From an uncultured Desulfatiglans sp. (GTDB lineage: Bacteria > Desulfobacterota > DSM-4660 > Desulfatiglandales > HGW-15): DNA of 64,000 bases. A model generated the notes under the pieces. That model was not told the DNA's origin, searched no databases, and saw only the letters and a list, made by a program, of their open reading frames with translations. The stretch covers positions 15,173-79,172 of the forward strand of contig CAZXUA010000001.1 of assembly GCA_964643755.1 (NCBI GenBank). The letters are read 5' to 3'. Numbering within the stretch: the first letter of the stretch is position 1; the number at the start of each line of letters is the position of its first letter. Shown one piece after another: positions 10,408 to 19,633 of the stretch. A program made the translations under genes and the position numbers.

Positions 10408-11136
10408 TTATAGATTTAGTTTCGTTCTGTATTCTTCAGTGAAGAGTTTTATAACCCCTTCATCCGCAAAGCTATAGTACCTGTTATAGCCGATAATAAT
10501 ATGATCCAGCACCTGCAAAGACAAAAGCTGTGATGCAAATACAAGGTTTCTCGTAAGGTTTCTGTCTTCTGCTGATGGCTGAGGGTCACCTGAGGGGTGG
10601 TTATGTACAAATACAAGCGCTGCCGCATTGCTGTTGAGCGCCAGTTTCATAATCTCGGCTGGGTAGACCGCACTCCCGGTAAGCCCTCCTTGAAACACAT
10701 CCTGATCAGAGACAAGCTCATTTTTTCTATTGAGAAAAAGCACCTTGAAAACCTCCCTTTTAAGGTCGCGCATGGAGTAAAACAGGTATTCATATACCGC
10801 CTTTGATGAATTAAAAAAGGCGCTGTTTACAACCCTGTCCCTGAGATACCTGCCAGCCACCTCATGAACAAGTTTAAGGTATAATACATTTTTTTCACCA
10901 ATCCCATTTATGGTCTTTAGCTCATCCAGGGGGGCTGATAAAACCCCTGAAAGGGTGCCATGCCGCCTGAGCGCCTCCCTTGCCTCCAGTTTTACATCCT
11001 TCCTGGGGGTGCCAAGTGTAAGAAGAAACTCAATAACCTCCTCATCTGTAAACCTTTCTATTCCCCCTTCTATAAACCGTTCCCTGAGTCTTCCCCTGTG
11101 ACCTTCACCCCTGTTTCCATTTTCAATTTCTGACAT
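10408..11136 (-). CDS. radC: RadC-family JAB/MPN domain protein
   Basis: HhH region and the HNHPSGDPQPSAED JAMM motif. The start was set at the Met preceded by a GAGGGGG RBS. Confidence 0.85.
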   Translation of the reverse strand: MSEIENGNRGEGHRGRLRERFIEGGIERFTDEEVIEFLLTLGTPRKDVKLEAREALRRHGTLSGVLSAPLDELKTINGIGEKNVLYLKLVHEVAGRYLRDRVVNSAFFNSSKAVYEYLFYSMRDLKREVFKVLFLNRKNELVSDQDVFQGGLTGSAVYPAEIMKLALNSNAAALVFVHNHPSGDPQPSAEDRNLTRNLVFASQLLSLQVLDHIIIGYNRYYSFADEGVIKLFTEEYRTKLNL

Positions 11137-11199
11137 AAAGAATTCCCCCTCTTTTTGGGTCATTTATTAAATTCATCCAAAACTGTTGTTTTTGAATGA

Positions 11200-11285
11200 A
11201 AGCGGTCAGCCATTAGCGTTCAGCATTCAGCAAAAGGCATATAATATAAAGAGTTAGCTGACAGCTGATAGCTGAATGCTCAAAG
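11200..11285. repeat. TCAGC/GCTGA-unit inverted repeat (…GTTCAGCATTCAGC … GCTGATAGCTGAATGCT)
   Basis: AGCATTCAGC at about 11221-11231 pairs with GCTGAATGCT at 11271-11280. More heptad units flank both arms. Confidence 0.6.
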
Positions 11286-11660
11286 CTTCATCCTGAATTA
11301 ACCTTTTTCAGGATGAAAAATATTAAAAAAAGACTAAAGAAAAACCTTATGCTATCCGATGTGAGGAAAGCGTTTGAATTTTAGGAAAAACAATATTGCT
11401 TGAAAATATGTAATAGTTAATTAAATTAAGTATAATTTACGAACAATTTTTAAATGGACACAATCAAAATAATAACTGGCATTAATTCTAATGTTCTGCT
11501 ATATTTCGCCGGCTTTTACAAGATGATCAGCATGGTAATGAAAAATTTACTTTACATCCATAAAAAAATCATTATTTTCATTTCGATTTTTATTTCGGAT
11601 AGTTCATGCGGCTTTCATCCTGTTGTGAGTAAATAGTAGAAGGAAGGTCATAGTTTTACA

Positions 11661-12527
11661 ATGATTTTAATAAATATTGCTGTTTCATTACTGGCTGTTT
11701 TTATATATCAGATAATCTTTGCAGACAGCGCATATGCCTGGGGTCCTGCTGTTCATACTGTTATATCCTGTTCCATACTCGATGGATTAAAATTTATCCT
11801 GCCTGACATTGCGGCTATCCTCAAACAGTTTCCACTTGAATATATATATGGTAACCTTGCTGCTGATTTTTTTATAGGCAAGGGGAGCAAAAGAAAAGAG
11901 GGGCACTCCCACAACTGGGAGACTGGATTTTCCATGCTAGGTGAGGCGGAAAATGAAAGGGAGGCCTCATATGCATATGGTTTTCTCTCCCATCTGGCTG
12001 CTGATGTTGTGGCTCATAACTATTTTGTGCCTGATCTTATCTACAGGTTCATTATGCTTAAAAAATTGGGCCATTTTTATTCTGAGGCAGTTGCTGATAA
12101 ATTCACAGGCTCGTTTTATCTCAAGATGGCTGCGGATGTGCTATCAAGCAGTGAACTTGAGTGCGACAAGATGCTCAAGGCGGCAGTACTGGCAAACAGC
12201 GGCGGGCTCAGGGCAAAGAAACATATATTTAAACAGTCTGTAAAGGTCTCTGATTATCTTTATGGCTCTTCCCAGTTTTCATTTGTATGCAACCATTCGC
12301 CATACCAGATACCGGCAGCCTATATAGACATGATGATGAATCTCTCATTCAGGCTGGTTAAAGACCTTCTCTCAAATACCAGCTCATCAAAATGTCTGTC
12401 ACATGACCCCATAGGTGAGGATAATCTCAGGAAGGCAAGCCAGAATGGTTTTTTGTCCAGGATTCGCAACACAAGACAGCATGAAAGTAAATTTCCTGTT
12501 GACAAGGAGCTGCTTGAACTTGCATAA
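11661..12527 (+). CDS. zinc-dependent phospholipase C-like protein (tentative)
   Basis: N-terminal TM/signal followed by AWGPAVH, with several spaced His/Asp (HSHNW, HLAADVVAHN) resembling the Zn-PLC/S1-P1 fold. Assignment is by motif memory only. Confidence 0.4.
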   Translation: MILINIAVSLLAVFIYQIIFADSAYAWGPAVHTVISCSILDGLKFILPDIAAILKQFPLEYIYGNLAADFFIGKGSKRKEGHSHNWETGFSMLGEAENEREASYAYGFLSHLAADVVAHNYFVPDLIYRFIMLKKLGHFYSEAVADKFTGSFYLKMAADVLSSSELECDKMLKAAVLANSGGLRAKKHIFKQSVKVSDYLYGSSQFSFVCNHSPYQIPAAYIDMMMNLSFRLVKDLLSNTSSSKCLSHDPIGEDNLRKASQNGFLSRIRNTRQHESKFPVDKELLELA

Positions 12528-12533
12528 ACATGC

Positions 12534-14414
12534 ATGGGCAAAATCCAAAAACTATCACAGAATGTCGCAAACCAGATCGCTGCCGGTGAGGTTATAGATA
12601 GACCTGCATCTGTTGTAAGGGAGCTCCTTGATAACAGCATAGACTCGGGCGCAGACAGGATAACCATTCGTATAGAAGAGGGCGGTAGCGGTCTTATAAG
12701 GGTTAGTGATAATGGGGCAGGCATGGACAGAGATGACCTGCTTCTGGCCATAGAAAGACACGCCACAAGCAAGATATCAACAGTCAGCGATATATTTACC
12801 ATTAAAACATTAGGGTTCAGGGGTGAGGCGCTTCCGAGCATATGTTCTGTCTCCAGGATGGAGATTACCACAAGGCCTAATGACCAGATATCCGCATTCA
12901 GGCTTAAAGCTAGTGGCGGGGTTGTAGAGTCGGTTGAGGAGACAGGCGCCCCAGCCGGCACAACAGTTGATGTACGAGACCTCTATTATAATACCCCTGC
13001 GAGAAAAAAATTCCTTAAAACAGAAAAGACAGAGGCTGGCCTGATAACCGACACGGTTTCAAGGATCGCATTGCCATTTTCAGATATATATATAAAATTA
13101 CTTGATAATTCCACAGGTAAGACAATACTGAATTTACCTTCATCTGATAGCGAACTTAACAGGTTGACTGCCCTGTTTGGTAAAGAGACAGCACAGACCT
13201 TTATGGATGCCCGTTTTGAGCATGAAAGGTTTTCCATAAGGGCATACCTTGCACCACCCGACCTTTCAAGAACCCGTAGCGACCGGATGTACCTCTATGT
13301 AAATAACCGCAATATAAGGGATAAACTTGTACTTAGCGCCATAACAGGCGGTTATGGTCAGCGGCTCATGAAGTGGCGTTACCCGCAGGTGGCCATTTTT
13401 ATTGATATTGACCCTGCCTTTGTGGATATCAATGTGCACCCTGCAAAACAGGAGGTGCGTTTTGAGGATGGGAGGCTCATATACCAGTCCATATCATCAA
13501 CCATCGCGAGGGCGCTGGGTGACCAGATAAACCCGTTCAGGCCCTTAAGTGATGTTTATATTGAAAGGCCCACTCAACTGTTCAGCCAATCTGTTGAGGT
13601 TGATCAGGATAAAAATAAGGATGTGCCTACACCGGATTATCATCAGGTAGAAAAAACTATTAGAGAAATACTTGAGGTTAAGGAATCAATACCACAGCAG
13701 CAGGGGATATTCAGCATGAAAAAGGCTGCGTATATTCCTGATGAAATTCATGAGGTGATTATTCCAGCAAGGGAAGAAAAGCCTGTTCATCATGAGCCAT
13801 ATCCTATTAATCCAGAACGCAGGCAGAAAAATATTGGTGACAACCTCACGGTCATTGGGCAACTCAAGGGCACCTATCTCTTATTTGAGGATAGGGATGG
13901 TCTGTTAATGATAGATCAGCATGCGGCCCATGAAAGGATAGTGTATGAAACCCTCAAGGCCAAATATGCAGCGAAAAAGATGGAGAGCCAGAATTTCCTT
14001 TTACCTGTTGATATAGAGCTATCTAATAAGGATGCAAGAATACTTGAAGTAAAACTTGAGCAAATCAATAACCTAGGTTTTGAGATAGAGCACTTTGGTG
14101 GTAACAGTTTTTTAATAAGGGCAGTACCGGCTATTCTTGTGAATACCGACTGGGAGAGTTTTCTAAAAGACCTTATCCCTGTGCTTTCCGAAGAGGATGA
14201 TCTTACTAATACAAAGGCAATGGATAAGCTCATTACTGTTATGGCATGCCATGGGGCAATAAGGGCAGGGCAGAGGATGACAGAAAGGGAGATAAACCTG
14301 TTACTTACCCAGCTCCAGAGCATTGATCTCGCAACCAACTGCCCGCATGGCAGACCTGTCTATAAAAAGATCAGCTACACTGAACTGGAAAAGATGTTCA
14401 AGAGGATAGTGTAG
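12534..14414 (+). CDS. mutL: DNA mismatch repair endonuclease MutL
   Basis: GHKL ATPase N-terminus (AAGEVIDRPASVVRELLDNSIDSGA), a DQHAAHERI endonuclease motif and a CPHGRP C-terminus. Confidence 0.95.
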   Translation: MGKIQKLSQNVANQIAAGEVIDRPASVVRELLDNSIDSGADRITIRIEEGGSGLIRVSDNGAGMDRDDLLLAIERHATSKISTVSDIFTIKTLGFRGEALPSICSVSRMEITTRPNDQISAFRLKASGGVVESVEETGAPAGTTVDVRDLYYNTPARKKFLKTEKTEAGLITDTVSRIALPFSDIYIKLLDNSTGKTILNLPSSDSELNRLTALFGKETAQTFMDARFEHERFSIRAYLAPPDLSRTRSDRMYLYVNNRNIRDKLVLSAITGGYGQRLMKWRYPQVAIFIDIDPAFVDINVHPAKQEVRFEDGRLIYQSISSTIARALGDQINPFRPLSDVYIERPTQLFSQSVEVDQDKNKDVPTPDYHQVEKTIREILEVKESIPQQQGIFSMKKAAYIPDEIHEVIIPAREEKPVHHEPYPINPERRQKNIGDNLTVIGQLKGTYLLFEDRDGLLMIDQHAAHERIVYETLKAKYAAKKMESQNFLLPVDIELSNKDARILEVKLEQINNLGFEIEHFGGNSFLIRAVPAILVNTDWESFLKDLIPVLSEEDDLTNTKAMDKLITVMACHGAIRAGQRMTEREINLLLTQLQSIDLATNCPHGRPVYKKISYTELEKMFKRIV

Positions 14415-14442
14415 TGTTCATCAGGTTGAAAGCTGTTAGAAT

Positions 14443-14844
14443 TTAGAGCCATTCCACATTTACCTTATCACCAAACAGTTTAAACTCCGGGTCACCGGTA
14501 ATTATTTTAGCCTTCTTCCTTATACCAAGGGCAGCTGCAAAACAATCCGCATAGGATACTGGATGGATACTTTTCAGCCCTGCTGCTTCAAGTGTGATTT
14601 CCATATCCGCATTCATAATGGTGATAGGCAATTGTTCAATCATAAAAACAGCTTCATCAGCCTTTTTACCTCCACGCTCCCGATATGTATTGTAATATAT
14701 CTCACCCAGATTAATTACCGATAAATAAAGCTTAACCTTTCCGGATTGTGCAGCTTTAAGAAATTTTCTGACTTTTTCACCGCCTGTTTCATCTTCAAAA
14801 TGTGCGATCAGTGCATAGCTGTCGAGGACATAGGAATTATCCAT
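14443..14844 (-). CDS. vapC: PIN-domain toxin VapC (module 1)
   Basis: 133 aa, N-terminal YVLDSYALI (PIN Asp). It overlaps the upstream antitoxin gene by 8 nt. Confidence 0.85.
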   Translation of the reverse strand: MDNSYVLDSYALIAHFEDETGGEKVRKFLKAAQSGKVKLYLSVINLGEIYYNTYRERGGKKADEAVFMIEQLPITIMNADMEITLEAAGLKSIHPVSYADCFAAALGIRKKAKIITGDPEFKLFGDKVNVEWL

Positions 14845-15073
14845 GTTTTGCCTCTTCTGCCCGGTCTTTTAATAGCGCCTTGGTTAGAGAAGTATTTCCC
14901 TTCAGCATACCCCTTGATGCCTCAATAGGATCATCCGGAATTGGCTTGATTAAAATCACATTCCCTTCGCCTTCTGATATAGCCATCCTGGTTCCCTTTT
15001 TAATGTCATACTTCTTCCTGAGTGATGCAGGAATTATAACGTGACCCTTTTCAGTAGTCTTTGCTATGATCAT
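14837..15073 (-). CDS. AbrB/MazE/SpoVT-type antitoxin (module 1)
   Basis: 78 aa. It has the looped-hinge-helix signature GHVIIPASLRKKYDIKKGT. Confidence 0.8.
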   Translation of the reverse strand: MIIAKTTEKGHVIIPASLRKKYDIKKGTRMAISEGEGNVILIKPIPDDPIEASRGMLKGNTSLTKALLKDRAEEAKHG

Positions 15074-15144
15074 GGTATACCTCCAAATAAAATGTTATAA
15101 CAAAATACTATTTAGTATACCATATGTCAAGCAGTTGATATTAA

Positions 15145-15260
15145 AGCATTGATTTAGCAACCAACTGCCCCCACGGAAGACCTGTCTATAAAAAGATCAG
15201 CTATACTGAACTGGAAAAGATGTTGATGTTCAAGAGGATAGTGTAACTGGTCTTATCAGG
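15145..15260 (+). repeat. orphan second copy of the mutL 3' end (last ~32 codons plus stop plus a few nt)
   Basis: It encodes SIDLATNCPHGRPVYKKISYTELEKMLMFKRIV*. Compared with 14319-14430 the differences are mostly synonymous, plus a 6-nt duplication. Confidence 0.85.
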
Positions 15261-15362
15261 ATATCGCACCAATATGAATTGTTTAATTTAAGAGGATTTA
15301 TTGACAATGTTTCACTGAGCGTATATACTTTCGGTAAATGTATATACGGAAAGGAACAGCTT

Positions 15363-15626
15363 ATGGCATTAAGTATAAGAAATCCACAGGCTGAAAAGCT
15401 TGCAAAAGAAATCATCGCCATAGATGGGGGGAATGTTACCCAGGTTATAATCAACGCCCTACAGGATAAGCTTGATCGTCTTCGTGGAAGAACAGCTCAT
15501 ACAGATATTGCAAAAGAGATCATGGATATTTCCAGCAGGTGCAGTTCCATTCCTGATATAGACAAAAGAGATCCTGATGAAATCCTGGGCTATAACAGTA
15601 ATGGTATAAATAATAATGGTTATTGA
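15363..15626 (+). CDS. vapB: VapB-family antitoxin (Rv0623/PSK-like) (module 2)
   Basis: MALSIRNPQAEKLAKEI... N-terminus typical of this antitoxin family. It overlaps the downstream PIN gene. The start was trimmed from the track ORF. Confidence 0.7.
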   Translation: MALSIRNPQAEKLAKEIIAIDGGNVTQVIINALQDKLDRLRGRTAHTDIAKEIMDISSRCSSIPDIDKRDPDEILGYNSNGINNNGY

Positions 15627-16026
15627 TACCTCCGCCTTAATAGCTATACTACTTGGCGAACCCGAAGCTGCGGTCTTTGCCAGAGTAATATCATATGATC
15701 CCAAAAGATTGATGAGTGTTTTTACATATCTTGAGAGCAGTATTGTTATAGAGGCAAAAAAGGGTGAGGCAGGTGGCAGAGAGCTTGACCTGCTTATTAA
15801 CAGGGCAGGTATTGAAATCGTGGGGATGGAACATGAGCAGGCTGAAATCGCCAGGACTGCCTGGAGGAGATTTGGTAAAGGACGGCATCCTGCTGGACTG
15901 AATATAGGAGATTGCTGTTCATATGCCCTTTCAAAATATTCAGGTGAACCACTTCTTTTTAAAGGTGCTGACTTCTCAGCCACAGATGTTGCGGTTGTAC
16001 ATACTGTATCAGATAAAGCAAACTGA
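15616..16026 (+). CDS. vapC: PIN-domain toxin VapC (module 2)
   Basis: MVIDTSALIAILLGEPE N-terminus and NIGDCCSYALS near the C-terminus. Confidence 0.85.
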   Translation: MVIDTSALIAILLGEPEAAVFARVISYDPKRLMSVFTYLESSIVIEAKKGEAGGRELDLLINRAGIEIVGMEHEQAEIARTAWRRFGKGRHPAGLNIGDCCSYALSKYSGEPLLFKGADFSATDVAVVHTVSDKAN

Positions 16027-16072
16027 AATCGCGATATCGTATATTTAAGAAGAGCCCAATCTTTACTTTATA

Positions 16073-16101
16073 TTGACATACAATACCCAACTTCATATAC
16101 T
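16073..16101 (+). promoter_or_regulatory. strong sigma70-type promoter TTGACA-17-TATACT
   Basis: -35 at 16073-16078 and -10 at 16096-16101. This would give a ~155-nt leader before the OmpA-like gene. Confidence 0.55.
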
Positions 16102-16264
16102 TTATGCCTTTAAAAAAGAATTCTTAATGCCTGAATTTTGCATCGGGTTTTGTAGTATGGCTATAAAAGCTCAAGGGTGCCTGGTTAAAAATTCAGGTAT
16201 TAAATCAGGTCTAACCGCTTAACAAATTATTTTAATTTTTTATATATTATAGAGGAGTTCAGAT

Positions 16265-16924
16265 ATGGGAAAAAATATTTGTTTGTTAATTATTCTATTT
16301 GTCATTTCAGGCCTATTATGCTCCACAGGTTGTGAAACCACACGAACAACAAAAGGTGCAGGTATTGGGGCAGCGGCAGGCGCAGCAGTTGGCGCTATCA
16401 TCGGGCATCAATCCGACCACAGGACAGGGGGAGCAGTAATCGGCGGAGTTGTTGGAGGTGCTGTGGGAGCCCTTATAGGAAGGCGACTTGATAACCAGGC
16501 AAAGGAACTGGAGCAGGTTCAAGGCATGCAAAGTGTTAAGGTAGACCAGGAACAGCAGAAGATTGAAGCCATTTTGAAGATCAATTTTGATGTGGATAAG
16601 GATATCATTAAGCCTGCAGAGGCCACCAAACTCAATGAGCTGGCAGCTGTCTTTGCTCATTATCCTGAAAATATTGTTGTGCTGGAAGGTCATACCGACT
16701 CTGATGGTTCTGAGGCATACAATCAAACACTCTCAGAAAAACGTGTAAAATCTGCGGAAAACTATCTCAGGGGGAAAAATTTAAATATCGCAAGCCTTTC
16801 ATCGATCGGATATGGGGAGACCAGGCCGATAGCCTCAAATGAGACACCGGAAGGCAAGGCACAGAACCGAAGGGTTGAGATAAAAATCTCTGTTGATCCA
16901 AATCGTGTCCCTCAGAATCAGTGA
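16265..16924 (+). CDS. OmpA-family lipoprotein with glycine-zipper segment
   Basis: Lipoprotein-like signal, a G/A-rich glycine zipper, and a C-terminal OmpA_C block (EGHTDSDGSEAYNQTLSEKR...NRRVEI). Confidence 0.85.
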   Translation: MGKNICLLIILFVISGLLCSTGCETTRTTKGAGIGAAAGAAVGAIIGHQSDHRTGGAVIGGVVGGAVGALIGRRLDNQAKELEQVQGMQSVKVDQEQQKIEAILKINFDVDKDIIKPAEATKLNELAAVFAHYPENIVVLEGHTDSDGSEAYNQTLSEKRVKSAENYLRGKNLNIASLSSIGYGETRPIASNETPEGKAQNRRVEIKISVDPNRVPQNQ

Positions 16925-16957
16925 GCATAGCGCCAACTCAAATGAGAGGAGATTATT

Positions 16958-18310
16958 ATGACACTATTTTCAACCCGTGGGATTAAATCACAGGGTCGTT
17001 ACAGCCGACGTGAATTTATAATGATATCTTCCATAGCCTCAGCCGGTCTCCTTGCGGGATGTGCGATTAATCCGGTTACAGGACAAAAACAGTTGATGCT
17101 GGTGTCAGAGGAGTGGGAGATACAGGTCGACAGGCAAAATTCTCCTCATCAGTTTTCTGCAGACTACGGGATATTACAGGATGCAGCATTAAATAGTTAT
17201 ATTCAGCAGGTCGGGGCAGAAATGGCCCCCTATACCCATCGGCCCAAAATGCCATATTCCTTTCAGGGGGTCAACGCAACCTATATCAATGCCTATGCCT
17301 TTCCGGGCGGGAGCATTGCCACTACACGCGGCATCCTCCTTTCCCTTGAAAGCGAGGCAGCGCTCTCTGCTCTTCTCGGTCATGAGATGGGTCATGTCAA
17401 TGCCAGGCATACGGCTCAGCAGATGTCAAAAGGCACACTTCTTCAGGCTGTCGCAGGAGGACTCAGCGTATATGCCAGCACCAAAAGCGAAACCTACGGA
17501 CAGCTTGCCAGTCAACTGGGCATGCTGGGGGCAGGTGCTCTTCTGGCACGCTATAGCCGTGACAATGAAAGAGAGGCTGATTATCTGGGTATGACATATC
17601 TGGTAAAAAAAGGTTATGGGGCGGAAGGATCGATACAGCTTGCGACCATGCTGAACAGCCTCAGCAAAGGAAATTCAAATATTGCTTCAGTGCTTTTTTC
17701 CACCCACCCTATGAGTCAGGAGCGCTATGACACATCGGTGAAACTTGCTAATACTGAATTCAGTTATGCTAAAGGAAGGCCTTTGTATCGTGAGCGATAC
17801 ATGGATAATACTGCGCCTCTTAGAAAGATTAAGCCCGCTATTGAGAATTTTCAGAAGGCCGAGGAGTTGATGGCTGCTAAATCATATGACAAGGCGGGAG
17901 AGTTTTTGAAGCAGGGGTTAAAGGCTGCACCCGGGGATTATGCGGGGCTGGTAATGATGGCAAAATGCCAGTATACGCAAAAAAATTTTAGCGAGGCGCT
18001 TAAATATTCAGAGCAGGCCAGGCAGGCATATCCAAGTGAGGCTCAGGCAAACCATATGAGCGGGCTTTCTTATATCCAATTGAAGAAGTTTGATAATGCA
18101 ATCGAAGAATTTAATCTCTATGAGAAGAAGCTGCCTGGAAATCCTAACACCCTTTTTTTCAGGGGTTACGCCTATGAGGGGATGGGCAACAGGCAAAAAT
18201 CAGCCGAAGATTACACCCGATATCTTAAGCAGGTCACAGAAGGTGAGCAGGCGCAGCATGCCTACAAAAGCCTGGTAAACTGGGGAGTGGTAAAAGAGAA
18301 GTCACAGTAG
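16958..18310 (+). CDS. M48-family zinc metalloprotease with C-terminal TPR repeats (BepA-like), Tat-lipoprotein signal
   Basis: The SRREFI twin-arginine motif is followed by an LLAGC lipobox. An HEMGH zinc motif and TPR-like repeats occupy the last ~130 aa. Confidence 0.8.
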   Translation: MTLFSTRGIKSQGRYSRREFIMISSIASAGLLAGCAINPVTGQKQLMLVSEEWEIQVDRQNSPHQFSADYGILQDAALNSYIQQVGAEMAPYTHRPKMPYSFQGVNATYINAYAFPGGSIATTRGILLSLESEAALSALLGHEMGHVNARHTAQQMSKGTLLQAVAGGLSVYASTKSETYGQLASQLGMLGAGALLARYSRDNEREADYLGMTYLVKKGYGAEGSIQLATMLNSLSKGNSNIASVLFSTHPMSQERYDTSVKLANTEFSYAKGRPLYRERYMDNTAPLRKIKPAIENFQKAEELMAAKSYDKAGEFLKQGLKAAPGDYAGLVMMAKCQYTQKNFSEALKYSEQARQAYPSEAQANHMSGLSYIQLKKFDNAIEEFNLYEKKLPGNPNTLFFRGYAYEGMGNRQKSAEDYTRYLKQVTEGEQAQHAYKSLVNWGVVKEKSQ

Positions 18311-18313
18311 ATG

Positions 18314-18609
18314 ATGTCCAAGAGGATAGTGTAGTGTTCATCAGTTTGAAAGTTGCTATAATTTAGACCCATTCCACCTTTACCTTATCACCAAAAAGTT
18401 TAAACTCAGGTTCACCTGTAATGATTTTAGCCTTTTTCATTATACCAGGGGCTGCTGCAAAACAATCCGCATAGGATACCGGATGGATGCTTTTCAGCCC
18501 TGCAGCTTCAAGTGTGATTTCTTTATCCGCATCCACAATAGTGAGCGGCAATTGTTCAATCATAAAAACAGCTTCATCAGCCTTTTTTCTGCCACGCTCT
18601 CGATATGTA
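18314..18609 (-). pseudogene. third mutL-tail fragment plus truncated vapC (3' 66 codons only)
   Basis: An ~296-bp direct repeat of 14394-14689. ORF 18363..18563 encodes the C-terminal half of VapC-1 with few substitutions. Homology stops abruptly at 18609. Confidence 0.85.
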
Positions 18610-18636
18610 AGTCAAAAAATTCTGGTCTCTCTTCAT

Positions 18637-18748
18637 GTCGCTCCCCATGCGGGAGTGTGGATTGAAACGCGCAGAGCGCAGAGAGCAGAGAGCGAAGTGC
18701 AAAGGGTTTAAGTCGCTCCCCCTTAAGCAGCGTGTGAATCAGCGCAAC
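18637..18748 (+). CRISPR. relic CRISPR array: one intact 32-nt repeat, one 43-nt spacer-like segment, one degenerate repeat
   Basis: GTCGCTCCCCATGCGGGAGTGTGGATTGAAAC (18637-18668) has the palindromic core and ATTGAAAC end that I recall for type I-C repeats. The second copy GTCGCTCCCCCTTAAGCAGCGTGTGAATCAGCGCAAC (18712-18748) is degenerate. No cas genes are in the window. Confidence 0.5.
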
Positions 18749-19017
18749 TTCAATAACAAAGAAACTCATGAGATGCAGAACTATTTACACCACACTTGAT
18801 ATTTCTAAAAAAAAGGCCTAAGAATGGCTGAACGCATCAATAGAGGCACAATAATGTATAACATCCTATCCGCAAAAACAGGAGGATTAAAGCGCCTACA
18901 TAAAACATCACAGCTCTTTATCTGAAAGTCTTTCAATATCATTACCTGTCATCGCATTAATAAAATTAAAGGCCTTGATCAGGGAAACCATTTAATACTA
19001 AACCAGGGGGTAAGTGT

Positions 19018-19590
19018 ATGAGTGCAGATAAAAAGGTAAAAGCCGGATCAACAAGAAGGAAATTTATCAAAGAACTTGCCATTGGCAGCTCAACAATAGC
19101 GGTTGCCAGCGCTGTGCCGGGAATTGCTGCTGAGGCTGAACATGCGCTTAAGGGTGTTTCTCAGGACACCTCGGATGGAAAGAGCAGGTATGGCAAGTGC
19201 ATAGTTCCATTACCGATCCGCAAGTTCGGTGAGACAGTGATGTTTTCTGCCGGGGCAGAGCTCTTAAATGGCTTTCCATGTAATATTATTTATGCATTCG
19301 GGCTCAAGGTCGGCCCATTAGGGTTATCCAGAAAACCGCATGTGCATGACCATGATGAGGTGATCTACTTCATAGGGTCAGATCCGAAAAGCACTGAGCT
19401 GGGCGCAGAGGTGAATTTCAAGATAGGGCCAAAGGGGCAGGAGGAAGACCATATATTTTCCGTGCCCACTGCTGTTGTTATCCCGAAAGGGGTATGGCAC
19501 TGCCCAATGGAAACCCTGAAATGCGACCAGCCATTCCTTTGCATGGCGGTCTCCATCACAAATAATTACAGGTTTGAATCGTCAAAATAA
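19018..19590 (+). CDS. Tat-exported cupin-fold protein (paralog A)
   Basis: STRRKFIK twin-arginine signal. Cupin motif HVHDHDEVIYFIG...PKGVWHCP. Paralogous to 22008..22673. Confidence 0.6.
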   Translation: MSADKKVKAGSTRRKFIKELAIGSSTIAVASAVPGIAAEAEHALKGVSQDTSDGKSRYGKCIVPLPIRKFGETVMFSAGAELLNGFPCNIIYAFGLKVGPLGLSRKPHVHDHDEVIYFIGSDPKSTELGAEVNFKIGPKGQEEDHIFSVPTAVVIPKGVWHCPMETLKCDQPFLCMAVSITNNYRFESSK

Positions 19591-19633
19591 AAAGGAGTTG
19601 CAACATTATTCACATTCAATTCAAGGAGGAGAT

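Noticed and set aside
11454-11636. 60-aa ORF in the AT-rich radC / PLC-like intergenic region
   Set aside because: AT-rich composition, Ile/Phe/Lys-biased peptide, no RBS. Probably promoter-region noise.
12320-12961. Long antisense ORFs opposite real genes (for example 12320..12961, 15459..15983, 25851..26471, 21965..22486, 44499..45029, 47873..48343)
   Set aside because: They overlap strongly supported genes on the other strand, have low-complexity or Ser/Pro/Leu-rich composition, and lack RBS and motifs. These are shadow ORFs.
18796-18825. Possible promoter TTGATA-17-TAAGAA for the Tat-cupin operon
   Set aside because: The -10 hexamer lacks the conserved final T, and the site is ~190 nt from the first start codon. 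Not convincing without transcript data.
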